This document shows, piece after piece, positions 12,340 through 25,499 of a DNA stretch of 64,000 nucleotides (the stretch's first letter is position 1; each line of letters begins with the position of its first letter). Location of the stretch: NCBI RefSeq assembly GCF_009914755.1, contig NC_060947.1; one strand, given 5' to 3'. Below the pieces are notes generated by a model. The model did not search any database and had not been told where the DNA came from. It worked only from the letters and a program-made list of their open reading frames with translations. The position numbers and the translations under genes are program-made. Source of the DNA: the human T2T-CHM13v2.0 reference genome, Homo sapiens.

Positions 12340-14150
12340 CCAAATGACAGATCGGGATCCTCTGTCCTCACTCCCCGCAGACTCGCCCAAGCCCTAGGCT
12401 GAATTCGTGACGCGCGCGCCCAGCACCCGGGCGAGTTGCAAGCCCCGGCGCACCGCAGGGGCCAAAACCCCGCCGGAACCTCCTAGGACCCCTTCACGCT
12501 GCCTCCTGCACCCCCTCCCCCGCCATCCCCGAGATAGCAGCAGCACATACACAAAAAGAGGCTGACACCTGCCGTAGGTTCAGAGGAAGAAGGCAGAGAA
12601 AAAGAAACCCGCAGTCCGGAAAAAAAAAAAGCCTTCTGGGGAAGGGGAGGGGTATGATGCGGAGGACGTCCTCCGGCTGCCCCTCGCTCTCCATGCAGAA
12701 CATCCGTTCCCAGGGTGGCCCGGGCCAGGCCTCGGGGGTGCAAGGGTTGGCCTGACCCCCCTGCTCCCGCCCCCGCCGCTCCGGGAAGAAAGGGCGCTGT
12801 GTCTGGCGGCGAGCAGGCGCCGGAATCGTGCGCTCGGGCCCAGGGTTGCACGGAGCACTGGGCCGGGATACCGGGGGCGCAAAGCTTCGGGTGCGGCCCA
12901 GGAGAACCCCGCCGAGGGACCCCAGCCTACCGGTTCTCGGAGGGGCGAAAGAGCCAGGTCAGGTTGAGGGACAGGAGGAGGAAGGGGTGTCCAGGAGACT
13001 GACTGAAGGATGAGAGTGTCCTCCGGGGTAGCGACCGGCCTCTTGGAAAACCAGAGGCGGAGGGAGCAGCCGCGGAGTGGAGGGCGCAGGCCGGGACCTG
13101 GGCCTCTCCTCCCACAGCAAGCCCCCCACCCACGCATCATCTGCAGCCGAGCGGCACCTACCTCCCTCTCCCTACCTCATCCCCGCTCGCGCTTCCGCAG
13201 GTCAGGCCACGCGGGTGCCAGCGCGGGCTGTGGGCGCCCCAGCCGCGGCCTTGGGGAGGGGTCAGGACTGAAGTTCACTCTCTCTCTGCGTGGTCTCGAA
13301 GCCCCTCGCCCACCCCGCACTGTCTCCTCCGCCGCCGGCTGCGCGCTTGGCGGATCTTCTCCATCAGTTCTGCCCACTGGAGTGGGAAGGGGCTGAGCCG
13401 AGCCGCGCGGGAATTGGGAGGCGGGGAAGCGGGGAGGCGGGGGAAGAGACGAGATGAAATCGGCCCGGGACAGCAGAGAGGCTTGGGATGGGATGGAAGG
13501 GAAGAGGGGGTGGCGGTTGCGTTTTCCAGGGCTGTAGAGGTGGTGCGCCTATTGGAACCGACTCCTCAGCCTCCTCCCCCGTCCCCACCTCGGGGACTGG
13601 CGGACCGTGCGCCCCGCAGGCTTAACACTCCCCCCGACACCCTCGCTCCGAGAAGGGGTGTTCTCAGTGGGCACCGACTAGGGCTCCAGATCCCCCGAGA
13701 CCCAGACCAGGGCTCCGGTAGTCTGTCCTCGCAGCTTCCAACTTTTCCGCTCCTTCGGAAAAGCGGGCAGTTCAGAGATGGTTCCCAGGGCGGCAGCTGC
13801 AAGCCCCCCCGCGCCCCCCTCAAAGGTTCAGACTACACTCAAAGGCTCCGAAAGAAGCAAAACCACCAGCTCTACCCTCCTTCTGCGGCTTGCCTCACCC
13901 TTCCCACCCGCCTCGAAACCCACACACACGGGAAAGGGGTGCATGGAGCCCGCTCCCCGGTTTACAGAAGCAGCCCGGAGCTACCGTCATTTCATCTTCA
14001 CGCGGGGTCTCCAGCGCGCCTGGATCGTTCCCTAGCCAAGCCAAGCCAGGTCTAATCAATCACGTGCGTTATTTCGTGCATCACCCAAGCCGTCATCTTA
14101 TCCGAGGCCCGGAGATGAAGGAGGGAAAAAAAATCGCTTAAATGCGACCC
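12340..14150. promoter_or_regulatory. NLGN4X: CpG island at the NLGN4X promoter / 5' end
   Basis: Very high GC and CpG density against AT-rich flanks; GC boxes (CCCGCCCC near 12766), CACGTG at 14061-14066. Confidence 0.93.
13985..14143 (-). other. NLGN4X: NLGN4X alternative non-coding first exon (proximal)
   Basis: Reverse complement ATTTAAGCGATTTTTTTTCCCTCC...GAAGATGAAATGACG matches my recollection of an NLGN4X mRNA 5' end; donor ACG|GTAGCT at 13985/13984. The start position is approximate. Confidence 0.75.
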
Positions 14151-14834
14151 CAACCAAGCCGGTTTTCCCTTTTTCTTTCTGGTTAACAGCACCCCCCCAA
14201 CCCCTCAAAAAAGCACCCCAGGCGGTGGTAGCTGACAGTTTTCTTAAAGAATAAGGGGGGGGTGGGGGGGGAGAGAAAAAGAAAAGAAAAGCCTCCCATG
14301 CCTCACAGTTTGCAGAAGTCTTCCTGCCTTCACCATCTCCAGCCCTGGCCGCTTCTCTCCTTCTTCTCCCTGTACTGCAGATACATATATATTTTTTTCC
14401 TCCTCTCCCCGCCACAGTCTTCTGTTTATTTGTGTGGAAGGCAGCGCTACTTTGTAAACACATCACACACGGCCCTAGAGCCGTTCAAATAGCTGATTGC
14501 AGCAAAACGCTTCCAAACAACGGTGGTCTGGATTTTTCTCTTTAAGTGAAAATAAAACCAAATATTTCTGTGGAGAGGTTGCATGTAAAAACCGTATGAA
14601 GGTCTACACTCCCACCCACACCTAAGAAATGCAGCGAGACAGATGGGAGAAAGTCCTGTCCAAATTTTCCAAAAATAATATTAATAATCATAAAAGGAAA
14701 AAATAAAGATCAGATGAAGTGAAGCTCAAGTATCTGCAGTGAGGCTTTCCATCCTTTGCTGCAAGTCAAAATGTTTAAACGGCTTTTTAAAATGAGAATA
14801 ATGTCCCAGAGACAGGTCTTAAAACTGCACCTAC

Positions 14835-15160
14835 CTTAGCTTTGGAAGAGCTGCATCGGCCGTTAAGAGTTCTTTTTACACGTCCAGATTTTTCTAGGGA
14901 ACCCGAAACGAGGTATGATTCAGGAGGATGTATTGAAAGCCCAGGAGCCTTCCCCTTCTGGAACCCCCCAACTAGATTTCCTCATCCAGAGGAATGCAAG
15001 AGCCACCAACACCGCCTAGTTTGGAGGAAATTCGTTGTTTCTGCCGCCAATAGTCTGTGGACGGGCAGAACAAGCATTACAATTGAAGCAGGAAGGGCCA
15101 AGCTAGTGGCTGAATAAGAGCTCTGTGCTAAGAGACAGAGAAGGGAGAGAGACGGTTCTG
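14835..15160 (-). other. NLGN4X: NLGN4X non-coding first exon (distal)
   Basis: Reverse complement AGAAGGGGAAGGCTCCTGGGCTTTCAATACATCCTCCTGAATC...CTCTTCCAAAGCTAAG matches the recalled NLGN4X 5' UTR; strong donor AAG|GTAGGT at 14835/14834. The TSS is uncertain (about 14960-15180). Confidence 0.85.
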
Positions 15161-15510
15161 CAAGAAAAAGAGAGATTGAGGAGAGAGGTCCTGCTGTCTC
15201 CGGGGCTCTCCCTCTGCCATTGGACCAAACTGAATGAAATTTACAAAGCCAGCAGCCAATAGATCTCCGGAGTCGGCCCCATCACTACAGAAACCACATC
15301 CACAGCTACAACCTCATGCAAAGAGCTGCTAATCCCAATGCAAACCAGCTGTAACGGAGAGATCCCGGGTACTCGGGAGATAGAGCAGGTGGGCATGGCA
15401 AACGGTGCCACCGCACCAGACGCGTACAGCAAACCTTCTTCCTCTTTGCTTTTTTAGGACTCTCTAGATACCCTCCACACCAAACATGCTGCAGTATATG
15501 CAAACATCTT
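15160..15510 (-). promoter_or_regulatory. NLGN4X: Proximal promoter of the distal first exon (no evident TATA box; CCAAT boxes)
   Basis: AGCCAATAG (CCAAT 15256-15260) and ATTGG (15219-15223) just upstream of a GA-rich start region; non-repetitive and CpG-retaining. Confidence 0.55.
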
Positions 15511-15904
15511 TAACTGTTTAAGGTCACGATCTCCAGCAGTCTCTATGTCTGCGTTATTGTAATTCATTTGGGAAGCAATGATATAAAAAAAATTTTTAAG
15601 AGCAGCAAAATTTGGAATACAGTTCTGTAAAGTACAGGACCTGTTTTATGCTCAGGGTATGGTTGAGAGGGGATCGATGAAAGCTTTTTGTTTACTTCTA
15701 TTCTTATACTTTCATGATTTTGATAAAATGTTGGAATTGTGCCCAGGATGAGGCATTTGTTTTTAAATACGCCTCTTCATTTCCAGGGTCCAGGAGGTTA
15801 TCTTTCCCAGGGAGTTTCAAGTTGCGGGGGGCGAGGACGGGGGTATGACCCCTGTACTTAAAGTTGAGTTGGAGAAAGTTGGATTTAAATTGGCAATGCA
15901 AAGA

Positions 15905-16500
15905 TCAGAGGGCATAATAGAGTGTTGTGACAATGAACACGGATTTTAAAATGAGATTGCTTGGGTTCAAGATGCATGTGACCTTAGGTGTGTATTTTAA
16001 TCGTTTGCCTCCATTTCTGTATCTGTAAAATGGAACAGATAATCACCGTGTAATACTGTAATGATTAGCTGAGTTAATGTGTGGGGCCAGGTAGTCTTCA
16101 CAACAATATTACATGGTGATTACTTTTATTCTTCTGCTTGGCCAGAAAAGTTAGCTTTTCTTAAAATTATTTCATGGCCCATTAATTCATTTATGGAAGG
16201 AAAAAGATAGTGTCCGCAACACATAGGATATCCTCCTAATTGCTTCGGCTTTAGGCAGTAAACCAAAGCATGAAGCCTGCCATGGTGATGTGAAGGATAT
16301 TTGGGCAGCCTGACCAATAATGGGGAAGGTGATAGACACCAATTTGGGGACCTGGTTTCATGTTAAGACTCTATCCTCACAAACTTTGCCTTGTTGTAAA
16401 GTCAGTTATGTTCTGTGAATCTGTTAAACTGAGATTAAAATTACCTTTCCTGTGGATTTCTTGTGGAGACTAAATGAAATAATATGTATAAAAGCACCTT
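15905..16500. mobile_element. MIR fragments (about 15905-16080 and 16380-16500)
   Basis: Core-like TGTGACCTTAGG...CATTTCTGTATCTGTAAAATGG and GTGGAGACTAAATGAAATAATATGTATAAAAGCAC. Confidence 0.6.
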
Positions 16501-16860
16501 TTACCAACAAGATAGGTACATAAATATACACTTATCTATTAATAGATATCTATACCCAATAATAAAAAAACATATATCCATCCATACATACGTGTGTGTT
16601 CCAATTATTGGATAGATATTTAGAAATATGCATGTACTTTTTCCGTTATTGTATAGATATTGAAGACCCATTAACATAGTAATATTGTTAATAAGTATAG
16701 CTTATTCCCCAAATCAGTGATATACATGGATATGGATATATAGCTGCAGATATATGGACATATATATAGATATCTATATCCTAAACTAAAGCAGAATCTC
16801 ACCTTGAACACAGTAATTTATAGTAGGCCAGAAAGTCATGGGTTTTGCCAAGAATGTATT

Positions 16861-17760
16861 AATTCATTGACTTATTCATAAATTCAGGGTTGTTTTTTTT
16901 TTAGCACTGGTGCAGTCCTAAGCACTGACATGCATCTGTGAGTGAAACTCATCCATTTATTTTTGAGAAAGCATACAGTCTAGTGGACAAGATAGCCAAA
17001 AGCATGAGAAAAAATATGATTACAAGAAGGTGTGCACAAGGAATACATATGAATTCATAGGGACCCATGGAGGTGAAAATGATTAAAGAAGGGTTTGCAA
17101 AGGAAGAACTTTCTGAGTAGGGAAGAAATGGTACACAGACACTGATTGGGTCAAGAAGTTGAGAAAGAAGCCATGGATAAAGACATCATAGCAATACTGT
17201 ATGTGTGGAGATCTAGAAATAGGGAGGGTTTGGAATGCCATGACATTGAGTATGAAAAGAAGGTGGTAAGGAAAGGATTAAAGACCTAATTGTGAAGAAT
17301 TTTGAGTGCCATACTGAAAAGGTGGAATTTATCCAGTAGGCAGTGGGAAAGCCAGTAACATATTTTCTGCAGGGAGAGGGGAAGAAATGATCAGATTTAT
17401 ATTTTAGGACAATCACTGTGATGGCAATATGGAGAACAAGTTGAAGAGGGCCAACGTGGAAAGAAAAGAAAATATTTGTAAGATTGTTGCAAGAATGGAT
17501 GCAACAAATGAAGTCCTGAATGAGAGACACAGAGAGAGAAAGAGAAAAGGAGAAAGGGAAGGGAGGAAAAAGGAAGGGAAGGGTAGTGAAGGGAAGAGAA
17601 GTTGATGTGGGGAGACATCACTTCTAAATAAGGCAGCATGATAAAGTAAGATTGGGAAGGAGAGTTTGGGCAAAATCTGAATGCTTGGCTTAGCTTGTGG
17701 GTGGATTGGTTGGGTACCAGATCTCTTCCCTGAGATATGTGACCTGGAAGAGAGCAGGCA
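16861..17760 (-). mobile_element. L2 fragment
   Basis: ATTCATT-like end, CAGTCTAGTGG, and ATCAGATTTATATTTTAGGACAATCACTGTG-type L2 3' sequence; highly diverged. Confidence 0.6.
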
Positions 17761-17821
17761 AGCACATTTTCACTTCTATCTGAATGACTCCATTGAGAGT
17801 TTTTTAAAATAATTTGAAAAA

Positions 17822-18008
<187 letters not shown>

Positions 18009-21000
18009 CAGAAAGCATCTTAGACAGGTGGAATCATGATTGTAAGAAAAAGTGAATATAAGATGTTATGAAATTATCATTTTCCCTAATCCAAAATCCC
18101 TTACAGGAGACCAGGATAGGACCCAAAACACCAATTTTTAACAACTGGGCCACCAGATTGCAACACAGACAGAGGAGCTACAGAGGTTTAGATCCACGAT
18201 TCCTGGAAGAGATAAGAGTATCATTCTTCATGCTTCCATTTTAAATCTAATTGTGGAGTATGGTGAAATGTGGGAGCTGGGGGAGTCATAAAATGAAATA
18301 AAACTGTAGGGTTCCAAGAAAGATATATAAGCTGAGTTTGGTACAAGAACTGGAGGGAACATGAGAAATAATCTATACCACACTACTTGTTCTCTCTGAT
18401 TTTCCATCTCAGTGTCTCCATCAACCACATTCTGGTATTATGTTCAAGCTCCTGTGAGATCAATACGTAGAACTCTGAATGCAATACTGGTGAAGCCAGT
18501 GGGGCACTACTGATTCATACTGACTCTCCTAATACAATGGTCCAAGTGAAACAGAAATATTTTCAGTAGGATAATAATTGTTCGTGCAATAGTAATATAT
18601 ACTATGTTATTAATTACTAATCATTATTAGAGAGAGAAATATGTATAGTATAGAAGGTGCTTAAAATCTAATAAGAGGATAAATTAAGCTCTTTAATTAT
18701 TAAAATGCAACTCAATGTGTGACATATGCCATCTCCAAAGCATACAGAAGGCGTAACAGGCTTCCTATTGGGATGCTGAGAAAATGGTTCACAGATGAAC
18801 AAGGTTTCCCTGGGGAATTGGAGAGCAGGGGTGGGAAATTATTCCAAGTTAACAATATCTGGAGACGAGAAACAGATATAGTGTGAGCAAAGGCTTTGGA
18901 AGTTCAAGGTGCACAAGGATGACCCAGGAAGATGGTTACAAAATCCATGCCTCTAGAGCTAAACACCAGGATTCAAACTTAGCAGGTCTTGAGTGAGTTC
19001 TTGGAACCTGCATTTGGGGGGCCACCCTGCTACATGAGGTTGCTTTTTTAGATAATCCTCAAATTAAACCCTGAAAACAGGAGTGGTGGTGAGCTGATGA
19101 TAGGTTCTTATGATTCATAGAGGAGAATAAGAAGAAATTGGTCAGGCTGGACTACAGAGGTTGATGAATATTCATTGGCTGGAATCCTTATGGGTGTTAG
19201 TCGGGGATGGTAGCAGAGATTACCTTTCAGAGAGTTTACTCTGAGGGGATTTAAGGGCTGGGACATTCTAGAACAAAAGAGTACAGCGAGGCTGCTGCAT
19301 TCATAAATTAGGGCAGTATTAGTGAAAATAACACAGTTATGATGAATTTATTTCACTATGAGTGGCATTTGACTATATGCATAGTTGCAGAAGTTGAGCA
19401 AAAATGGGATGGAGCCCTAAAATGAGAAGATACTAGAGATAGCCTTCATGTGGTGAGATGGGAAGGCTAAGATGAATGAGAGTGCACTCAGCCAGAGTCA
19501 CTTGTGTGGAAAGAAAAATGAGGTGCTGGTGGATCATAGAAATACCAATGACCCACAGACCTGAGATCTTTGGGACAGGAGATTTGACCTGAATAGGGAT
19601 CTTAAGGTAGGATCTACGGATCCAAGCACAAACCCTATGGATATGATACTTAACATTTTGGTGTAAAATAGAGAAAGTGTTCCCTTAAGAGAAAAGGCAA
19701 ATCTTTGGAGAAAGTGACACTGGGTAGGGTCTTGATAACAACCTAAAATAGGGTCATTCTCCCATCTGCAGAAGATCTTTGGTAAGAGAAAGTGTGGTAT
19801 GGAATTCAAGGAAGGACTTTAACCTCCACAAGGAGTAGGCAGGAGTCAACTGTGTCATGGTCTTCAGAGATTTTAGGAGTGAAGGGCGATGGGAGAGTAC
19901 CACTGCATTGTGGAATCAGTAGATCCTTGACAGCCTTCAGCTGAATATGTTAGATAGATTCATGACTGGGGATCCGATGAGGAAGTTGAAATCATAATTA
20001 TAGTCTGCCTGTGAAAGGAAAAAAAAAGATAAGGTAAATTCAGAAATAGCAGGGTTGTGGTGGGTCATTGTTAAGTGGTTTGCTGATTGCTATTTTTATT
20101 CACTATTCACTAAGCGTGAATGTGAGAACTGTTGCTTGTTCCACAAACTCTGCAAAATATTCAAGATGGATAAATAAGACATAGTCTTTGCCCTCACATA
20201 GCTAATTCTTTACCCAATGCCCCTTCTGATCCGAACGATTGTTCCACTTTATTTTTATTCATCTGTTAGTTTATTTGTGGTGTTTCTTACTTTCATTTGC
20301 TATTGTAGACACCATTTTAGAAAAATATCTCGGAAACATGTTGATGATAATTGCCTTAGGTGGTCACCATTATATGAGGCCAGTTCAGAACATGAGGTTT
20401 AATAAATTTGAGAAATGATAGGACAAAGAGTAACATTTATATAATACTTGTTTTGATACCTATATCTATCTATATACACACATGGAAATATATAGATATA
20501 GATATATAAAAAGATATAGCTATAGATATTTACATATAGATATATATGTAAACTAGAAAATATCTAAAAATATATATGTGTATAAATCATAAACCAGGGT
20601 AAACAACATACTCAGTTTTTTAGAAAACATTTAAGAAATGTTATTCCCAAACAGGATTTAAAGTCTTTTAAAATATAAGGTAATTAACAACGTAGATTAA
20701 ATAAGAGTAATATGCTGTAAACCTTAGAAATATTTGCACCCTTAAGGTTAAGCAAAATTCATTCTGTCTTATTTTACACTCCAAAGTTGCTAAATCAACC
20801 TTTTTCTTTCAATGATAGCAAGTAAACTCCAGACCAGTTGAAGCTGAATTATCATAAATTTAAAATTAATGTCAGTCACTTAAATAAGATTTTATTGAAA
20901 TAGTTGAATGTATATAACATTTCTTACATGTAAATATAATTACAGAAATCCAGATGGAGGAGATAAAGAGATGCTCTTGTTTATTCCCATTGGTTTTGTA

Positions 21001-21639
21001 GGGAAAGTATTTTATAAGATTAATACAGCTTGAAGGAAATACTTTAAATTGATATTTTCCGATAAAAAGGTTGTACATACCCTTAATTCGATTTTTGCAT
21101 CTGATGAATGGGAATAAAGATATCTTTGTGGGCAAGAGTCTATTTCTGGTTTCTTGAAGCCTTTGTCCTTCTGACTTCTGTTATTTCAAACCTGTAACAC
21201 ACCATTAATTATGTAACATGCATCCACAGTAGAGAGTTATGCTCTTTGCTGGCCTTCCATTTGATTATTTTAAATTCTATCCCCAGTTATTATTTCATCA
21301 CTGGGCATGATGAGCCTAAATGACTTTTAAACGGCCCTGATTTTTAAAAAAGATTCAGGCTCCAAAATTTCACTACATTCATTGACGGTGAGAAATCCAT
21401 TAACTATTGCTTTTGTAAGAAAACCAAGGATATTGAATCCCAAATAAGAGGCCCAAAATAGAGTTCATTTTTAAATGACATTCTGCAGCGACTGTACCAC
21501 TGTTCTTGCCTAAGACTTTTAAAATGAAAATCTTTTACAATGTCTATGTCGCTTTGATGAATGACAACATGCACTACACTTTTAAAAGTATGGAAATATA
21601 CATAAATCTTTCTCCAAGTTTGGGACCTTGGAATTATTG

Positions 21640-21935
21640 ATATGCATGTATATAGAGAGAGATTTAGAAATAGGCATATAGATAGGCTTATATAAATTCA
21701 TAAATTTATCTCTATATAGATGTTTATAGAAATTGCTATGTCTGTTTCAATGTATATCTGTATCTCTATCTCTATAGATATCTGTATCTTCTATAGGTAT
21801 CTATGACATATATATGCGTATCTGTATCTTCTATAGATATCTATAGAGATATGGATCTGTCTATATGAATAGTTATCTCTATATATTGATACATATTTAT
21901 CTATATCTATATTTATATCTATATATATCTATACA
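21640..21935. repeat. (TATC/TAGA)-rich low-complexity tract
   Basis: Direct reading; a similar tract lies at 20460-20585. Confidence 0.85.
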
Positions 21936-23138
21936 ATACAGAGGGGTTTATATTCCCAGGATGGTTGACTTATGCCTGATTGTATCTCTGTTGTGGGTGT
22001 GCACATGGACTCTCTTCCTGTTTTCTTCCTTTGTACTTTAAAAGGAGACATTTAACATGGGGGTAAGACAATAAGAGGCAGCATCAATGTGTTTTATTTA
22101 TTAAAGCTCAAGCAAACAGCTTTCTTTCTTGTTAATGACCGGTGTTAGACATAGGTATGTAGGCATATAGACCACCTCTGGTGAATGCAGTGTGGTTTAT
22201 AATTTTAGGTGAAATAAAATGAGGTTGACAAAAAATTCCTAGGACAATGGTTCCCTTTTATCTTTTCAAACTCGAGGTCTGTATTGGAATTTTTAAAAAA
22301 CACTTATTTTGGTTTTTTCCAGGTCTTATTCATTGAGAAGACAGGGAATGTATTGCAAATACCGTTTTGCATGTGACAAGTACACACATGTGTGTATGCA
22401 TACATGTGGAAACAGAGCAGATGCAACATATGTATAAATACCAATGGGATTGTTTTGAGTGGGGTTTGATCTGTTATAAAGCATTGGTGTATTAGGAGCC
22501 TGGTAATATTTTCCTGGAAGAGTCATGACTAAAATTATGTAAAGAACACCTGGACCCATGCAATACCTTGTTCTTTTCCTGCAAATATACAAAAAGATCT
22601 AGAGTTTTGATACTTTGCTAAACAAATTATAGTCCTCGGTCTAATATCATGGGTGTTATTAATACCTGGAAGCCTGTTAAAAATGCATAACTTTGAGCCC
22701 CCACCCCAGATCAACTGTATCAAAACTGCGTTTTAACATGTTCTCTGGTGATTTGCACCAAACGCCAAAGTTGGAGAAGCTCTTGCCTGGAGGACAGCTT
22801 TGCATGGCCTCCTAGGTATCTGGTCATCCAGGCTGAGAGTTAAAGTAGCATCCACCCAAAGGGATTTTCATCTTGTGGCCACGTTGCTTGGTCCAAGGTT
22901 GAGCATCTAAGCTGAGCCGGGCTATGGGTATGCAGTCCCTGGAAAGCTGGCTCACAACTGTGACACTGCAGTCCATGGACACAGCCACACACACAGCAAA
23001 TGGTGGCTCTAGAGGAGTGGACAGGCAACAGGTAAATTTAGGGGCCTTCCTGGTCATGCTTTTCCACCTTGTCCAGTGGAAAATGGAGGAAGCTTATATA
23101 CAATGTACAAAGTAGATATGAAGACAGAAAGGTAATGA

Positions 23139-23567
<429 letters not shown>

Positions 23568-23584
23568 CCATCACATTCTTACCT

Positions 23585-24031
23585 GTATGAATTTCCTAGG
23601 CCTCCTGTAACACAGTACCTTAAACTGAGCAGCTTAAACCAAAGACATTTACTCTCCCCTAGTTCTAGAGATCAAAAGTCTGAGATCAAGGTGTCTGCAT
23701 GGCCATTCTCCCTCCAGGGGACCTAGGGGAGTATCCTTCCTGTCTATCCCAGCTCCTGGTGGCTCCAGGCGTCCCTGGGCTTGTGGCCGCATCACTCCAG
23801 TCTCTGCCTCCATCTCCCTATGGCCTTCTCCTCTGTATGTGTCTTCATGTGTCTTTTTCTGTCTCTTGTAAGGACATTCTCATTAGATTTAGGACCCACC
23901 TTAATCTGGTATGATCTCATCTTCATCCTTACCTTAATTACATCTGCAAAGCCCCTGTTTCCAAATAAGGTCACATTCCCAGGTTCTGGGTAGACATGAA
24001 TTTTTAGTGGACAGTGTTCATTTTGCTATAC
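23585..24031 (-). mobile_element. MLT1 (MLT1C-like) LTR
   Basis: AGTTCTAGAGATCAAAAGTCTGAGATCAAGGTGTC...TACATCTGCAAAGCCCCTGTTTCCAAATAAGGTCACATTC. Confidence 0.8.
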
Positions 24032-24359
24032 TGCCCTTGGAACCTGTGAGACATCCTGTATCCTTGAACACATTTCCTTTTCTGTTTTCTTTTGATTAAG
24101 CTTATTTAAATGGGTTTATGTTACTTGCACAGGAAGTGCCCTAATTAATATGAAAGGTGTTAATGGATTTTTTAAAATGCGTCTTCGAGAAGATGAGCAG
24201 TATTAAGACAGGGGCTTTGTCATAGGAAACTTATGTAAGGAAGCTGTCTGGGAGAAGTGGTGTGGTCGGCTTATAACTACACAAGTATACAGCTTATAAC
24301 CACACAAGTATCTATCTAAGTGGTAGATAGACCAGACGTTAGCACAGACATCTGGGCCT

Positions 24360-24856
24360 AGGGTTGCCAGATTTAACAGCTAAAAATATAGGACTCACAA
24401 AAACATTACTAAAAGAATGTTTTGTGCAATATTTGAGATATAATTATGCTGGTTTTTTCTTTGTTTGTCTCATATTCAAATGTAACTGAGGGCTGGGCAC
24501 AGTGGCTCACGCTTGTAATTCTAGTACTTTGGGAGGCCAAGGCAGGTGGATCACTTGAGTTCAGGAGTTCGATGTCAGCCGGGCCAACATGGTGAGACCC
24601 CCTCTCTACTAAAAAATACAAAAATTAGCAGGGTGTTGTGGTGCGCACCTGTAGTCCCAGCTACTCAGAAGGCTGAGGCTGGAGGATCACTTGAAACCTG
24701 GCGGCAGAAGTCGCAGTGAGCTGAGATCACACCACTGCACTCCAGCCTGGGTGATAGAGCGAGACTCCGTCTCACAAAAAAAAAAAAAAAAAAAAAGGTA
24801 ATGGCAACAACAACCAAAATGAAACTGGGCATCCTGGATTTTTATCTGGCAAACCC
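24360..24856. mobile_element. MER53-like hAT MITE split by an Alu (about 24491-24797, plus strand)
   Basis: Termini AGGGTTGCCAGAT and ATCTGGCAAACC; Alu flanked by AAATGTAACTG / AAATGAAACTG. Confidence 0.75.
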
Positions 24857-25176
24857 ATTTATGCCACATACCACAGAATGTTTCATGCCTACTCTGCTTC
24901 TAGTTGACTCTTTATATCAGGAGTTGGTTTTCAGTATGACTCTTCTCTTCCCCACACCTACCATAACTCCGTAACTCCATCTTCAAGTTCAAAATTGAGC
25001 CAATAAATTTGTGGTTACCTACACTTACTGACTCATTGACTGTAGAAAAAAGTAAAATTATACAAAATATCCCTGGCTGAGGTCAATGATGTCCTGCTTC
25101 CTGATGTATTTAATCTTGCTGTGGACTTTCCATTCTTTGTTAATGAGACAGTATTTCCATATGTCCAATAAGCCAC

Positions 25177-25499
25177 TCTCTTAGTCCGTTCGGGCTCCTA
25201 TTACAGATTGTCTTAGACTGAGTAATTTATAAACCACAGCAATTTATTGAAGGCCAGAAGTCCAAGTTCAAAGCACCAGCAGACTGAGCATATGGGGAGG
25301 GTTCCCTCCTTCAAAGATGATGGCTGCTGTGTGTCCTCATGTGACAAAAGAGACAAAGGGATCATCTTCTGTGAGGGTACTGATCCCATTCATGAGGGAT
25401 CTTATCACATCATAAATGGCCTACTTCTTAATATTATCATATGGGGAATTCAGTTTCAAGGTACAAATTTGGTGGGGAGGAGCATTCTGAGCATAGCAG
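25177..25499 (-). mobile_element. MaLR LTR (MST/MLT1A-like), diverged
   Basis: TTAGTCCGTTCGGGCT...AGAAGTCCAAGTTCAAAGCACCAGCAG...CCCATTCATGAGGG. Confidence 0.65.

Noticed and set aside
12419-12440. REST/RE1 site (CAGCACCCGGGCGAG)
   Set aside because: The left half matches but the right half deviates from GGACAG; too weak to call.
12483-14466. Long ORFs across the CpG island (up to 213 aa)
   Set aside because: They overlap on both strands, are G/P/R/A-rich as expected from GC content, often lack ATG starts, and show no neuroligin or other domain similarity.
13985-15160. Assignment to NLGN4Y instead of NLGN4X
   Set aside because: The exon sequences match my recollection of NLGN4X mRNAs, and the minus-strand orientation fits the X reference. 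This is not formally excluded without an alignment.
24269-24313. Short tandem duplications (23 bp here; 24-bp units at 56059-56128)
   Set aside because: Ordinary slippage duplications with no further supporting signal.
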